From contig OX597833.1 of assembly GCA_951406725.2 (NCBI GenBank), positions 54,002,001 through 54,066,000 of the forward strand: a stretch of DNA of 64,000 bases, given 5' to 3'. Within the stretch, counting starts at the first letter, position 1. Each line of letters begins with the position of its first letter. Below, piece by piece: positions 52,230-64,000 of this stretch. The notes beneath the pieces are model-generated. The model searched no databases. It saw only the letters and a list, made by a program, of their open reading frames with translations, and was not told where the DNA came from. The DNA is from Octopus vulgaris. Lineage: Eukaryota. Both the position numbers and the translations under genes were made by a program.

Positions 52230-52718
52230 TTGAAACGCAGAGTAGATGAAACAGGGACAACTGATGAAGGGGAATATTCTTTATGTTGTATGTCTCGTTT
52301 CTATGTTTGTTTTTCCCGTTGTTCGAAAAAATATTTGTTTTCTATGTTTTTGTTTTTATGTTTTTATTTCTCATTGTGTTCAACGTTTTTTTGATGTCCT
52401 GTAACCATATATATGCATGTATATATACATATATATGTAGGTATGTACATCTATGTATGTATATATGCATATATATATATATAATTTATATTATATACAT
52501 ATTTATACATACACACACATGCACACACATGCACACACACACACATACACACACACATGTATATGTGGTATTGAGCAGAATATTTGCCATAGTCCATCTT
52601 TTATACTAAGACAAAACAATTTACAGGATAACACTTTCAATCAGTTAAGATCAGAAGCCATGAGAACCAGTGCCTGGTATTGCATCAGGGCATTATCATT
52701 ATTATTATTATTATTATT

Positions 52719-53176
52719 CAGTAGTTTTATTTTTATAACGTACTTTCACTTCACTACCGAGCGCAGCTCTGTGTGCCTTAGGTATGTGCTGTGATTTGTT
52801 GTGATGCTCTGATGGTTATTGTATGGAAAGTGTTCTGCGTAGGACGTGTGCAGTGCCTAGTAGTGCAATTTTCTGTATGTTATATGTGTTTGTAAGTCCT
52901 GGTGTTTTTGTTATGTATTTGTCTGAATATTTTTTTATCATGCCTAATGCACCTACTATGATAGGAATTGTTTCTGGTTTTTAGATTCCACATTCTGGTT
53001 ACCTCTATTTCCAGGTCTTTGTATTTTGAAAATTTCTCCATTTCTTTTAGAGACACGTTGTCATCTGCCGGTATTGATACATCAATTAGAAAGCATTTTT
53101 TTCCTTCATGATCTCTGACAACTATATCTGGTCTGTTGGCCTTAATTTCTCTATCTGTGTGTATCGGCATATCCCG
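52719..53176 (-). mobile_element. R4/Dong-type non-LTR retrotransposon 3' end in (TAA)n
   Basis: DMPIHTDREIKANRPDIVVRDHEGKKCFLIDVSIPADDNVSLKEMEKFSKYKDLEIEVTRMW…PIIVGALG…IQKIALLGTAHVLRRTL, an RPD…D…K..KY restriction-like endonuclease; one frameshift; (ATT)n on both sides. Confidence 0.93.
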
Positions 53177-53259
<83 letters not shown>

Positions 53260-53282
53260 CATTATTGTTATTATCATTATTA

Positions 53283-53361
<79 letters not shown>

Positions 53362-53394
53362 ATATTATATAATAATAATAATAAGAAGAAGAAC

Positions 53395-53530
53395 AACAAC
53401 ATCGAAAAATACCTTAGGAATTAGAACCCAGGTTCAAAATTTCCCCAAGACACCTGATAAAGAACGTTGTGTTAACAACAAACAAGATGAGGACAAATAT
53501 CCGTCAAATGTAAATAATGTAAATAATGTA
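53395..53530 (+). mobile_element. Penelope-like pseudo-LTR fragment, hammerhead with stem II deleted
   Basis: gacacctgataaagaacgttgtgtt; homologous to 5404-5560 and 6177-6302. Confidence 0.65.
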
Positions 53531-54021
53531 CTTTAATTCATGTTGCTCTAGTCCACTCTGCTGATAAAAATGAATTGTACCTGAAATTCAAAGGGCCAAC
53601 CTTGCCACATTTGGGGTACATGTGTCTGTGGAGTACTCAGCCACTTGCACATTACTTTCACAAGCAAGCTTTTCCGTTGACTGAATTAAATAGAATGCTT
53701 GTCATCATAACCGACAGCCTGATGAGGGAGACTCAACTGTTACTTTTGGCAGGTTTAAAGACTTCTTCAAGCCCTCATCCTTGCTGTTTTGTACTTTTGT
53801 TTTTATGTGTTAGTGTGTGTGAGGAATTATTAGCACCTGTAGGGTCTACTTAGATACAATTCATTACCTGCTCATTGGATAATGAGTTTAATTTTCTTTC
53901 AGCTGTTTCTCCACCCTTCTCAAGAGGGCACTTTGTTTCCCATTAACTCAGCCCAACTGGCTTGTAGGAATCAGGTACCAGGTTTTATTAGGAAAGTGGT
54001 CAATAATGCTGATTGCACATT

Positions 54022-54865
54022 GATGAGGGAGAAAGGAAAGGCTGAGATATAAGGGAGATGGTGGAGGGAAGAATGAAAGAATGATGGAGAGAAGGAAAAG
54101 AGGGAAGGAGAGAAGGAAAGACTGTGAGAGAAAAGGAAATGGTGGAGGAAAGAATGAATAATGATGAAGAGAAGGACAAGAGTGAAGGAGAGACGGAAAT
54201 GGTGGAGGAAAGAATGAGAGGAGGATGGAGAGAGGAAAAAGAGTGAAAGAGAGAAGGAAAGACTGTGAGAGAAAAGGAAATGGTGGAGGGAAGAATGAAA
54301 GAATGATGAGGAGAAGGAAAAGAGTGAAGAAAAGAAAGAAGGATGATGAGAGAAAAGGAGATGGTGGAGGGAAGAATGAAAGAATGATGGAGAGAAGGAA
54401 AAGAGTGATGAAGAGAAGGAAGGATTGTGAGGGAAAAAGAGATGGTGGAGGGAAGAATGAAAGAATGATGGAGAGAAGGAAGGATTGTGAGGGAAAAGGA
54501 GATGGTGGAGGGAAGAATGAAAGAATGATGAAGAGAAGGAAAAGAGTGAAGAAAAGAAAGAAGGATGATGAGAGAAAAGGAGATGGTGGAGGGAAGAATG
54601 AAAGAATGATGGAGAGAGGAAAAAGAGTGGAGAGAAGGAAGGATTATGAAAGAAAAGGAAATGATGGAGGGAAGAATGAAAGAATGATTGAAAGAAGGAA
54701 AAGAGTGATGAAGAGAAGGAAGGATTGTGAGAGAAAAGGAGATGGTGGAGGGAAGAATGAAAGAATGATGGAGAGAAGGAAAAGAGAGAAGGAGAGAAGG
54801 AAAGAGTGAAAAAGAGAAGGAAAGACTGAAAGAGAAAAGGAAATGGTGGAGGAAAGAATGAAACA
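54022..54865. repeat. Purine-rich minisatellite (~50-70-bp units)
   Basis: gatggtggagggaagaatgaaagaatgatg-type core recurs about 12 times. Confidence 0.93.
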
Positions 54866-55494
54866 CTGACGGCGATAAGAAAATGACTGAAAGAGGGAAG
54901 GAAAGACTGAAGAAGTATGGAGTAGGGATGAGAGAGAAAGAGAGAGAGAGGGTGAGGCGAAGAGGGATAGGGATAGGGAGAGAGAGGGTGAGGAGAAGAG
55001 GGAGAGAGGGATAGGGAGAGAGAGAAGGAAAAAAGCGAGAAAGAGTGATGAAGTGAAAAAAGCTGGGAAGGGAAAGGAGAGATTGAAAGAGAGAAGAGAA
55101 AAAGAGTGAAAGGGAAAAGGAATGAAATGAATTACAGGGGAAAGAAGACCGAAGGAGAGGAGAAGAGAGTGGGAGACAGAGGGAGAGAGGGAAAGAGAGA
55201 GTTAGAGAGGGTTGAGAGAGTGAAAAAGGACTGGGAGAGAGAGAGAAGGAAATATTGAAAGGAAGAAAGGGAAGGGAAGATTGAGAGAGTGAAAGAGTAA
55301 AGAAATGAAATGAGTGAAAAGGAGGAGGAAAGACAAACAGAGAGAGAGAGAGAGGGAGAGAGAGAGGGAGAGAGAGTGGAGGGAGAGAGAGAAAGAAAGA
55401 GAGAGAAAGAGTCTTGGAGGAAGAAGGATATGTTAGGGGACAGAAATGGCTGGCAGAGAGAAGGAATACTGAGTAGAGAAGAAAGTGAAAGAGA

Positions 55495-55830
<336 letters not shown>

Positions 55831-56047
55831 ACTGAGAACTAGAAGGACTCTGATCACATAAGGTCAAACAACTGACATTATTTATTGCACCTCTTTGTGA
55901 AATAAATATTTATCAGTAAACCTCCACCCGACCTCACATGTTTATCCACACTGTGAGCAAATACTCCAAAGTAGGTAACAAGCATTCATAAAGTAAATTG
56001 TCAACAAAAGGCTTTATTACTATGAGACAATATATACAATATGTGTA

Positions 56048-56700
56048 GGCACAGGAGTGGCTGTGTGGTAAGTAGCTTGCTTACCAACCACATGGTTCTG
56101 GTTCTGGCGGCGAGCTGGCAGAAACGTTAGCACGCCGGGCGAAATGCTTTGCGGTATTTCGTCTGCCGTTACGTTCTGAGTTCAAATTCCGCCGAGGTCG
56201 ACTTTGCCTTTCATCCTTTCGGGGTCGATAAATTAAAGTACCAGTTACACACTGGGTTCAATGTAATCGACTTAATACCTATGTCTGTCCTTGTTTGTCC
56301 CCTCTATGTTTAGCCCCTTGTGGGTAATAAAGAAATAGGTTCTGGGTTCAGTCCCACTGTGTGGTACCTTGGGCAAGTGTCTTCTACTATCACCTCGGGT
56401 TGACCAAAGCCTTGTGTGTAGATTTGGTAGATGGAAACTGAAAATAAGGTGGCGAGCTGGCAGAAACGTTAGCATGCCGGGCGAAATGCCTAGTGGTATT
56501 TCGTCTGCCGCTATGTTCTGAGTTCAAATTCCACTAAGGTCGACTTTGCCTTTCATCCTTTTGAGGTCGATTAAATAAGTACCAGTTATGCACTGGGGTC
56601 GATATAATCGACTTAATCCGTTTGTCTATCCTTGTTTGTCCTCTCAGTATTTAGCCCCTTGTGGGTAGTAAAGAAATAGGAAATTGAACGAAGCCCATCG
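56048..56700 (+). mobile_element. SINE A carrying two nested SINE B insertions (56106-56338 and 56446-56678)
   Basis: A resumes after each B; flanking repeats ggttctgg and ggaaaYtgaa. Confidence 0.92.
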
Positions 56701-56747
56701 TCTCCGATGAAGGGATATATAAAATATCCTCGAAACAGCTGTAAGAC
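56700..56747 (+). ncRNA. Minimal hammerhead ribozyme motif (different family)
   Basis: Stem I gtct/agac, core CCGAUGA (one change from CUGAUGA), stem II gggatat/atatcct, GAAAC-AGCT-GUA with palindromic stem III acagctgt. Confidence 0.72.
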
Positions 56748-56885
56748 CTATTTATAAATGTTCTGAAATCTTTCACAGCCTTGGATTTTTATCTCATTCT
56801 GTGAATTTTTTTATATATACACATGCTAATATATACCTACGTTGGCCTCCTCATTCACATAAGTGCTAAACCTGGAGCTTAACTA

Positions 56886-57119
56886 TTTATTTCTTTACTA
56901 CCCACAAGGGGCTAAACACAGAAGGGACAAACAAGGAGAGACAAAGGGATTAAGTCGATCACATTGACCCCAGTGTGAAACTGGTACTTTATTTATCGAC
57001 CCTGAAAGGATGAAAGGCAAAGTCAAACTCCGCGGAATTTGAAACCAGAACATAACAGCAGGCGAAATACGGCTACGCATTTCGCCTGGCGTGCTAACGT
57101 TTCTGCCAGCTCGCCACCT
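56886..57119 (-). mobile_element. SINE family B monomer
   Basis: Reverse complement of B. Confidence 0.92.
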
Positions 57120-57789
57120 ATAGTTTGTCCATAGCACTTACTCAGCATTACCTGACACCATGAGGGATTTTGCCTTTTCCTGATGTACATGCATTAAGTA
57201 TGATACACAGATGGCTTTTTAAAACAGTCACTATTTTCCTTATATCAGTAGCCATGGATTTTGTCATGGTATGTGACTGCCAGTGAGTACATGCTATCAT
57301 CAGATCCCAATGAGGCAGAACTTCACACCTTGCATTTTCACTGCTGCTGCTGCTGCTGGATGGTTTTCATCTCCTGCTGATATTATTTGGGTTCCTAAAA
57401 CACAGCACAACCATAAGAGATATTATTGCCAAACAAATGATGCAGTTAATTTGCCTTTTACATAATGTGTTTGCATTAAAGTTGATCTCTATCTCTCTTT
57501 ATATGTACCCATATATATATATATATATACTTTTTATCTTATATTAAACTTTTAATAAAAAAAAATAATAAATATTTTTTAAAAATAATAAATAAATAAA
57601 ATAGAAATTCATAAAAATTTATAAATATAAATTAATAATTTTAATTTTAGATCTAAATAATTTGAATTTTAAATTTTATATTTTATATATTTTGTATATT
57701 ATATAATTATTTTTATTTTTATGTTTTGCTTTATGTTTTTCACTGTTTGATTTGCCTAATAGTGGTTTTATCTCTAATTTAATTTATTG

Positions 57790-58112
57790 GCTCCAGTGCC
57801 GGTGGCTCATAAAAAGCACCAGCCGAGCGTGGCCGATGCCAGCGCCACCTTGGCTGGCTTCCGTGTCGGTGGCACGTTAAAAGCACCAACCGATCGTGGC
57901 CGATGCCGGACCCCCTGGCACCTGTGCAGGTGGCACGTAAAAAGCACCCACTACACTTGCGGAGTGGTTGGCGTTAGGAAGGGCATCCAGCTGTAGAAAC
58001 TCTGCCAGATCAGACTGGAGCCTGGTGCAGCCCCCGGCTTCCCAGACCCCGGTCGAACCGTCCAACCCGTGCTTGTGCGGATAACGGACGTTAAACGATG
58101 ATGATGATGATG

Positions 58113-58113
<1 letters not shown>
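57790..58113 (+). mobile_element. RTE 3' UTR (family C)
   Basis: Three units plus tail. Confidence 0.88.
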
Positions 58114-58145
<32 letters not shown>

Positions 58146-58245
58146 TGGATGTCTGTATGTATGTATGCATGTATGTATGTATGCATCTATGTATGTATGT
58201 ACGTATGTATGTGTGAGTGTATATGTGTGTGTGGGTGGTGTGTAA

Positions 58246-58299
<54 letters not shown>

Positions 58300-58316
58300 G
58301 CATATATGTATACACA

Positions 58317-58359
<43 letters not shown>

Positions 58360-58498
58360 ATATATATATATATATGCCTATGTATTTATATATATATATA
58401 TAATTTTAATCCAAACGGGAAAACAGAAAAAACAACAACACGTGGAACAATTACAGTATTATTATTAATAGGCGCTCAGGAAAGATGGAAGCAGGAAG

Positions 58499-58533
58499 GT
58501 ATGACGTTTCGAGCGGAGCTCTTCGTTGGAAAC
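58499..58533 (-). ncRNA. Degenerate minimal hammerhead motif
   Basis: gttt ccaacga a gagc tcc gctc GAAA cg tc atac; shares the ggcgctcagga flank with the 14078/62161 family. Confidence 0.4.
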
Positions 58534-59441
58534 ATAAAGAAGGAAGAGAGAGGAAAGAAAGATCCCAAGGTGGGCAACAAGAGGGAGAAAAAAAACGACT
58601 GGTGTTTACGAAGTACACATGGTGAAAGGCGGAAGTTTACGATAACAAGAGCAAAGTAGGTTTTTAAAGCCAAAAGAGTGGAGACAGGGTTGGTAATGCA
58701 ACAGATGTGTGTGTATGTGTGAGTGTGTGCGTGTGCGTGTGTGTATGTGTGTGTGAGGCGAGATAAAAAAACAAAAAATATATGTATATGTTAGTGTGTG
58801 CGTCTGTGTGTAGGCGTGTGAGGTAGGGCGAAACAGTAGTAGGCATAGCAGACAGTGGTCAGTAGTAAAAAAATGAAGGAAGGAGGAAGGGAGGGAGGGG
58901 AAGGGGTGGGGGCGTATGTAACGTGCCAGTGTGTGTGTTGAGTGGTAGTGTGTGTGTCCAGTGTCGTAGTTGTATGTATGGCGAGTAGATTTGAAGTGTG
59001 TGTAAGAGTAATGTATATATTTAAGCAAATGTGTGTGTGTGAGTGGGTGTATGTATGTGTGTGCGTGTGTGTACAAAAGGGGGGGCGGTTATAAGGAAAA
59101 AGGACTCCAGCTGATATATATATATATATCATTATCATCATCGTTTAACGTCTGCTTTCCATGCTGGAATGGGTTGGACGGTTTGACTGGGGACTTGTGA
59201 GCCAGATGGCTGCACCAGGCTCCAATCTTAATCTAGCAGAGTTTCTACAGCTGGAAGCCCATGCATATATGGTTTCAGGACATCACCAACAGTAAACAAC
59301 ATGAAATACGAAAACAAATGAGTTCAATACGCAATCAACGAGAGAAACAAATGGAAAACAGGACAAGTAATGCAAACAACGACCCTTCATCAGTTGTCAG
59401 GCATCTGTCTACTCCTTATTTCGAGCATTGGACGACAATAT

Positions 59442-59886
59442 GAATCTTTGGAGATTTGTTATGGCTCAGTTCTGTCCATTATCATTGAAGATTTGAGTAT
59501 GAGCTGCGTGTCTGCCAAGTTTGTGCCAAAATTGCTTTCAGCTGACCAAAACGATACTCGGATTTCAGTCGCACAAGATCTCTGTGCAAGAACAATGAAC
59601 AGTATTAAAACTTTGTGCGGGCCTCTGAGCAGTTATTGTCAAGCTTTTGGTGAAATTCAAAGCAGATTCTTTGCTCAACTTTCTCTGTCATGGTCAATGC
59701 GATGATCACACGCTACACACCTTCCTTCCAAACACTGCTGTAAACAGCAAGAGTGAGCTAGATTGTTAAAACTTGGTGCACATGTGCAACAGCATTCAAG
59801 GTCAATCTGTACCAAGTAGTTTCACTCTTCATGCTTTAGCTTTGGTAATATGGCAATGGTCCTGATACTTATTGATCAGACCAGGA
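59442..59886. mobile_element. Rearranged mariner element (sense internal piece plus antisense 5' end)
   Basis: Plus strand: EICYGSVLSIIIEDLSMSCVSAKFVPKLLSADQNDTRISVAQDL. Minus strand: TIR ggtctgatcaataagtatc and MTEKVEQRICFEFHQKL. Confidence 0.85.
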
Positions 59887-60170
59887 TATGTGTGTGTGAG
59901 TGTGTGAGTTTGCATATATATATGTATGTATGTGTGTGTATATATGTGTGTGTGTGTATATGTGTGTGTATATATACATATATATATCCTCATCATCATC
60001 ATCATCATCATTTAGCGTCCGCTTTTCATGCTAGCATGGGTTGGACAGTTCAACTGGGGTCTGTGAAGCCAGAAGGCTGCATCAGGCCCAGTCTGATCTA
60101 TATATATAAAGATAAATAGATAGGTAGATAGGTTGATACATACATACATGCATACATACATACATATATA

Positions 60171-60575
60171 GGTGCAGGAGTGGCTATGTGGTAAGTAGCT
60201 TGCTAACCAACCACATGGTTCCGGGTTCAGTCCCACTGCGTGGCATCTTGGGCAAGTGTCTTCTACTATAGCCCCGGGCCGACCAATGCCTTGTGAGTGG
60301 ATTTGGTAGAAGGAAACTGAAAGAAGCCTGTCGTATATGTGTATATATATATATGTGTGTGTGTGTTTGTGTATCTGTGTTTGTCCCCCTAGCATTGCTT
60401 GACAACCGATACTGGTGTGTTGACGTCCCCGTCACTTAGCGGTTCGGCAAAAAGAGACCGATAGAATAAGTACTGGGCTTACAAAGAATAAGTCCCGGGA
60501 TCGAGTTGCTCAACTAAAGCTGGTGCTCCAGCATGGCCGCAGTCAAATGACTGAAACAAGTAAAAGAAAAGAAAG
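60171..60575 (+). mobile_element. SINE family A, full length
   Basis: Near-consensus. Confidence 0.94.
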
Positions 60576-60647
60576 AAAGAAAGAATATACAGATACACAC
60601 ACACATATATATATATACATATATACATATATATACATGTATATATG

Positions 60648-60721
<74 letters not shown>

Positions 60722-60967
60722 CCTATATATATATACATATATAAGACTTTTTTTTAATTATCTTTAGCAGTGATGTATCATCAAGTATTAGGTCTTTAGA
60801 ATTTAGAATAACTTTTGTCACATTATTCATCATTAGCAATAATATTTCTTTAATTTCCCACCAGACTTGTTAGGTAAGATCTGAGTGGGTTTTCCTTATA
60901 TGAAATATGAAGAAAACATTGAAATAAAAACTTTACATTAGAACTGCTTAAGCCAAAACACACGTAC

Positions 60968-61004
<37 letters not shown>

Positions 61005-61212
61005 CACACACGTACACACACATATACATATATATATAACACATACATATATATATATAACACATACATATATTAATATATACAATATATTAATAATCTA
61101 TATATATATTGTTTATATATATACATATATATATATAACATATATATATATATATATATATATAAATATATACAATATATTAATAATATATATATATATA
61201 TATATATATACT

Positions 61213-61279
<67 letters not shown>

Positions 61280-61307
61280 TATATACAATATATTAATAAT
61301 ATATATT

Positions 61308-61348
<41 letters not shown>

Positions 61349-61394
61349 GATGATGATGATGATGATATATATATATATATGAGCAAAACGCCAC

Positions 61395-61750
61395 CCATTC
61401 AATGGATGATGCTGAGTTGTCAAACATTTAAACCAAATTTTTCTCAAAACAAATTGTCCGACCGTCCCATAGGCCTCCCCTTTGAGAAACACTGATTTAA
61501 CCTAAATTTGAGCCAAAAGAAGAAAAAAAAGATAGAATTTTTTTTATATTCCAAAGAAAAACGATTTCCCATGGCTTTATCGATCGCATTCTCACCTGGA
61601 ATCGATTTTTGTTATTTTTTCAAGACTTATACACGCCCTGATACCGTTGGTATCTACATATCAAATTTGAGAGCAGTCGGATGGAGGATACCCGAGATTC
61701 TAGAAGCCACACACACAAACAGACAGACAGAACGGATTTTATATAAGAGA
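61395..61750 (-). mobile_element. Non-autonomous Helitron-like element (same family as 45751)
   Basis: Minus-strand start A|TCtcttatataaaatccgttctgtctgtctg. Confidence 0.7.
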
Positions 61751-61779
61751 TTATACACATACATACATACCTAGATACT

Positions 61780-62080
61780 GAAGGCGCATGGTTTAGTGGT
61801 TAGGGTGTTGCACTCAAGATTGCAGGATCATGGGTTCGATTTCCAGACCAGGCATTGTGTTGTGTTCTTGAGCAAAGCACTTCATTTTATGTTACTCTGC
61901 AATCATTTTGTCAACTGACATGTGGCAGTCATTTGCACCTGTACAGGTAATGTCGATTTGATGGAGGGAGTGAGCTTATGTCTACACAAACAATTGATCA
62001 CTATAAACAAATCATCTGTGTGGTTGTTCGGTAAGAAATTGTCAAATGGTCATGTCGTCTAACTAAAGGGTAGGCCATCA
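61780..62080 (+). mobile_element. V-like tRNA-derived SINE (E-related head)
   Basis: ggcgcatggtttagtggttagg…ggttcgatttcc…gttgtgttcttgagcaaagcacttcatt. Confidence 0.7.
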
Positions 62081-62160
62081 TATATATATATATGTCAGTC
62101 GCCATGATAGATCATTAGCCACTACACAAATTTTTTTTCTCTCCTTGTTTCTTCCTTGTT

Positions 62161-62196
62161 TTTTCTGTAGAAGAGCATAGGCTCGAAACGTAAAAG
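62161..62196 (+). ncRNA. Variant minimal hammerhead motif
   Basis: tttt ctgtaga a gagc atag gctc GAAA cg ta aaag. Confidence 0.5.
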
Positions 62197-62236
62197 ACTT
62201 TTTCTATTCCTGAGTGTTATACTAATACATCTGTTT

Positions 62237-62306
<70 letters not shown>

Positions 62307-63419
62307 GAGAGAGAAAAAAGAATGAGAGAAATAGATAGATAGATTGATTGATAGAAGTAATTTGCCAGGTGTGTTACCATTAACACATTTAATGCATGGG
62401 TCATGAAAAAGCTAATAAATAAAATGCAACCAGTTTAATGACTTACATATTTCTCCTCCAAGCCGGTATGGCAGACAACTCTGGACATGTTTTAGTTTTA
62501 TTCTGTACTCATCAACAAAACATTACTGTTCATGACAAAACAGTCACTGAAATAATCGGTAAGCAAATGTTATAAGATTCTCTCTTAGCTAAAAGTGCTT
62601 AATGCTTAGTTGTAAACTCCCTGTGGGAAGCAATTGTTTGTCTTTTGATAGAGAATTGGATGCTGAACCAGCAAACATACAATGCCAAAAAAATCTACTG
62701 AGACTAAGAAAATATGTCACTTCTGCCTGCTCAGCATATCATATTTAAGATATAAAGAAAAAAAAAAAAGAAACATATATCTGAATATATATATGTATGT
62801 GTGATTACATCTATCTATCTATCTATATATATATATATTTTAACATACATATATGTTCACATACATGCACACACACATGCACTAACATCTCTCTCTCTCT
62901 CTCTCTCTATCCATTTACATTTATATATATATATATCTGTAAAATAATATGTGACAATTATTCAATAGCCAAGATAAAACTCTGAGTTTCGGATGCCGAA
63001 GTGGAAATCCACAACACCATCTCTTCAGTTATCTGGCCATCTGAAAAACGCTATGAAAAAATACCGTTATACAAAGGGAAATTACTGTGTTATAATTCTG
63101 CTACTTATATAAATTAAGGTTAAAAGTTCATAGTAAACATGTAAGCATGGCTACTCATACGCTCACATGTGCATTCGCGCACCCACATGCATACATATAC
63201 GTCACTATGAAAACGTACACATCTTTACTCACATTTTTCACCAAATGTATACGCATATATATACAAACTCATACACACACACACGCGTACCGTAAAGGTT
63301 CATACATATGTCTATATACGCACAAGCACAAGAAAACACATGATATGATTGTGTGTGTGTATGAGTTTGTATATATATGTGTATGCATTTGGCGAAAAAT
63401 GCATGTATATAACTGTGTT

Positions 63420-63670
63420 GTGTGCATGTTTGTGTCTGTGTTTGTACCCCCATCACCGCCTTACAATTGGTGTTAGTGTGCTTGTATACCTGTAACTTAG
63501 CAGTTTAGCAAAAGAGATTGATAGAATTAATATCAGGCTTACAAAGAATAAGTCCTGGAGGCGATTTCTTTGACTAAAACCCTTTAATGCGATGCTCCAG
63601 CATGGCTGCAGTCAAATGACTGTAGCAAGTGAAAGAATGAAAGAATAACAGAATAACAGAATAAAAGAAT
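63420..63670 (+). mobile_element. SINE family A, 3' half (degenerate)
   Basis: Matches the A 3' region. Confidence 0.8.
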
Positions 63671-63879
63671 AACAGATTATATATATTTCTTAACACTCAT
63701 GAGATTACTGATTGTGTGTAGATAGCTTGTGGATGGTATGCAAAATATGAAGAACTTGTCCACTCAACCATTTATTAACGTCATGATAACCAAACTGCGA
63801 ATGTCAGGGAATATTGTGAAGTGTGAAAAAGAATGTCAATGTAACCTTGATGGCAAAAACATAGAATTCTAATTATATA

Positions 63880-64000
63880 CTCTTTTACTTGTTTCAGTCA
63901 TTTGACTGCGGCCATGCTGGAGCACCACCTTTAGTCGAGCAAAAATCGACCCCCAGGACTTATTCTTTGTAAGCCTTAGTACTTATTCTATCGGTTTCTT
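63880..64000 (-). mobile_element. SINE family A 3' end (runs off the window)
   Basis: Reverse complement of the A tail. Confidence 0.88.

Overview
Eukaryotic, repeat-saturated intronic or intergenic DNA. The SINE families, the extreme density of (TA)n, (CA)n, (CAT)n and (AAT)n microsatellites and the TE mix point to a coleoid cephalopod, most likely Octopus (inference). I found no convincing host protein-coding exon; nearly all ORFs in the track are artefacts of microsatellites or SINEs. Supported content: (1) about 20 copies of a tRNA-head/CORE-like SINE ('A'), about 15 copies of a Meta-domain SINE ('B', often in tandem multimers) and several V-like SINEs; (2) 3' ends of an RTE LINE whose 3' UTR holds a variable number of ~60-bp structured units ('C'); (3) two R4/Dong-type fragments embedded in (TAA)n; (4) a Penelope-like RT remnant and at least 7 minimal hammerhead-ribozyme motifs; (5) mariner transposase relics, mariner/piggyBac/pogo-type MITEs and four non-autonomous Helitrons; (6) minisatellites with higher-order structure. 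Most worth follow-up: a repeated H-type-pseudoknot-compatible module in the RTE 3' UTR, microhomology-linked and recurrent same-site insertion of SINE B, a probable template-switch SINE chimera, the hammerhead set, a CpG-rich multi-hairpin island and a pre-miRNA-like hairpin. Boundaries of degenerate repeats are approximate and were read by eye.
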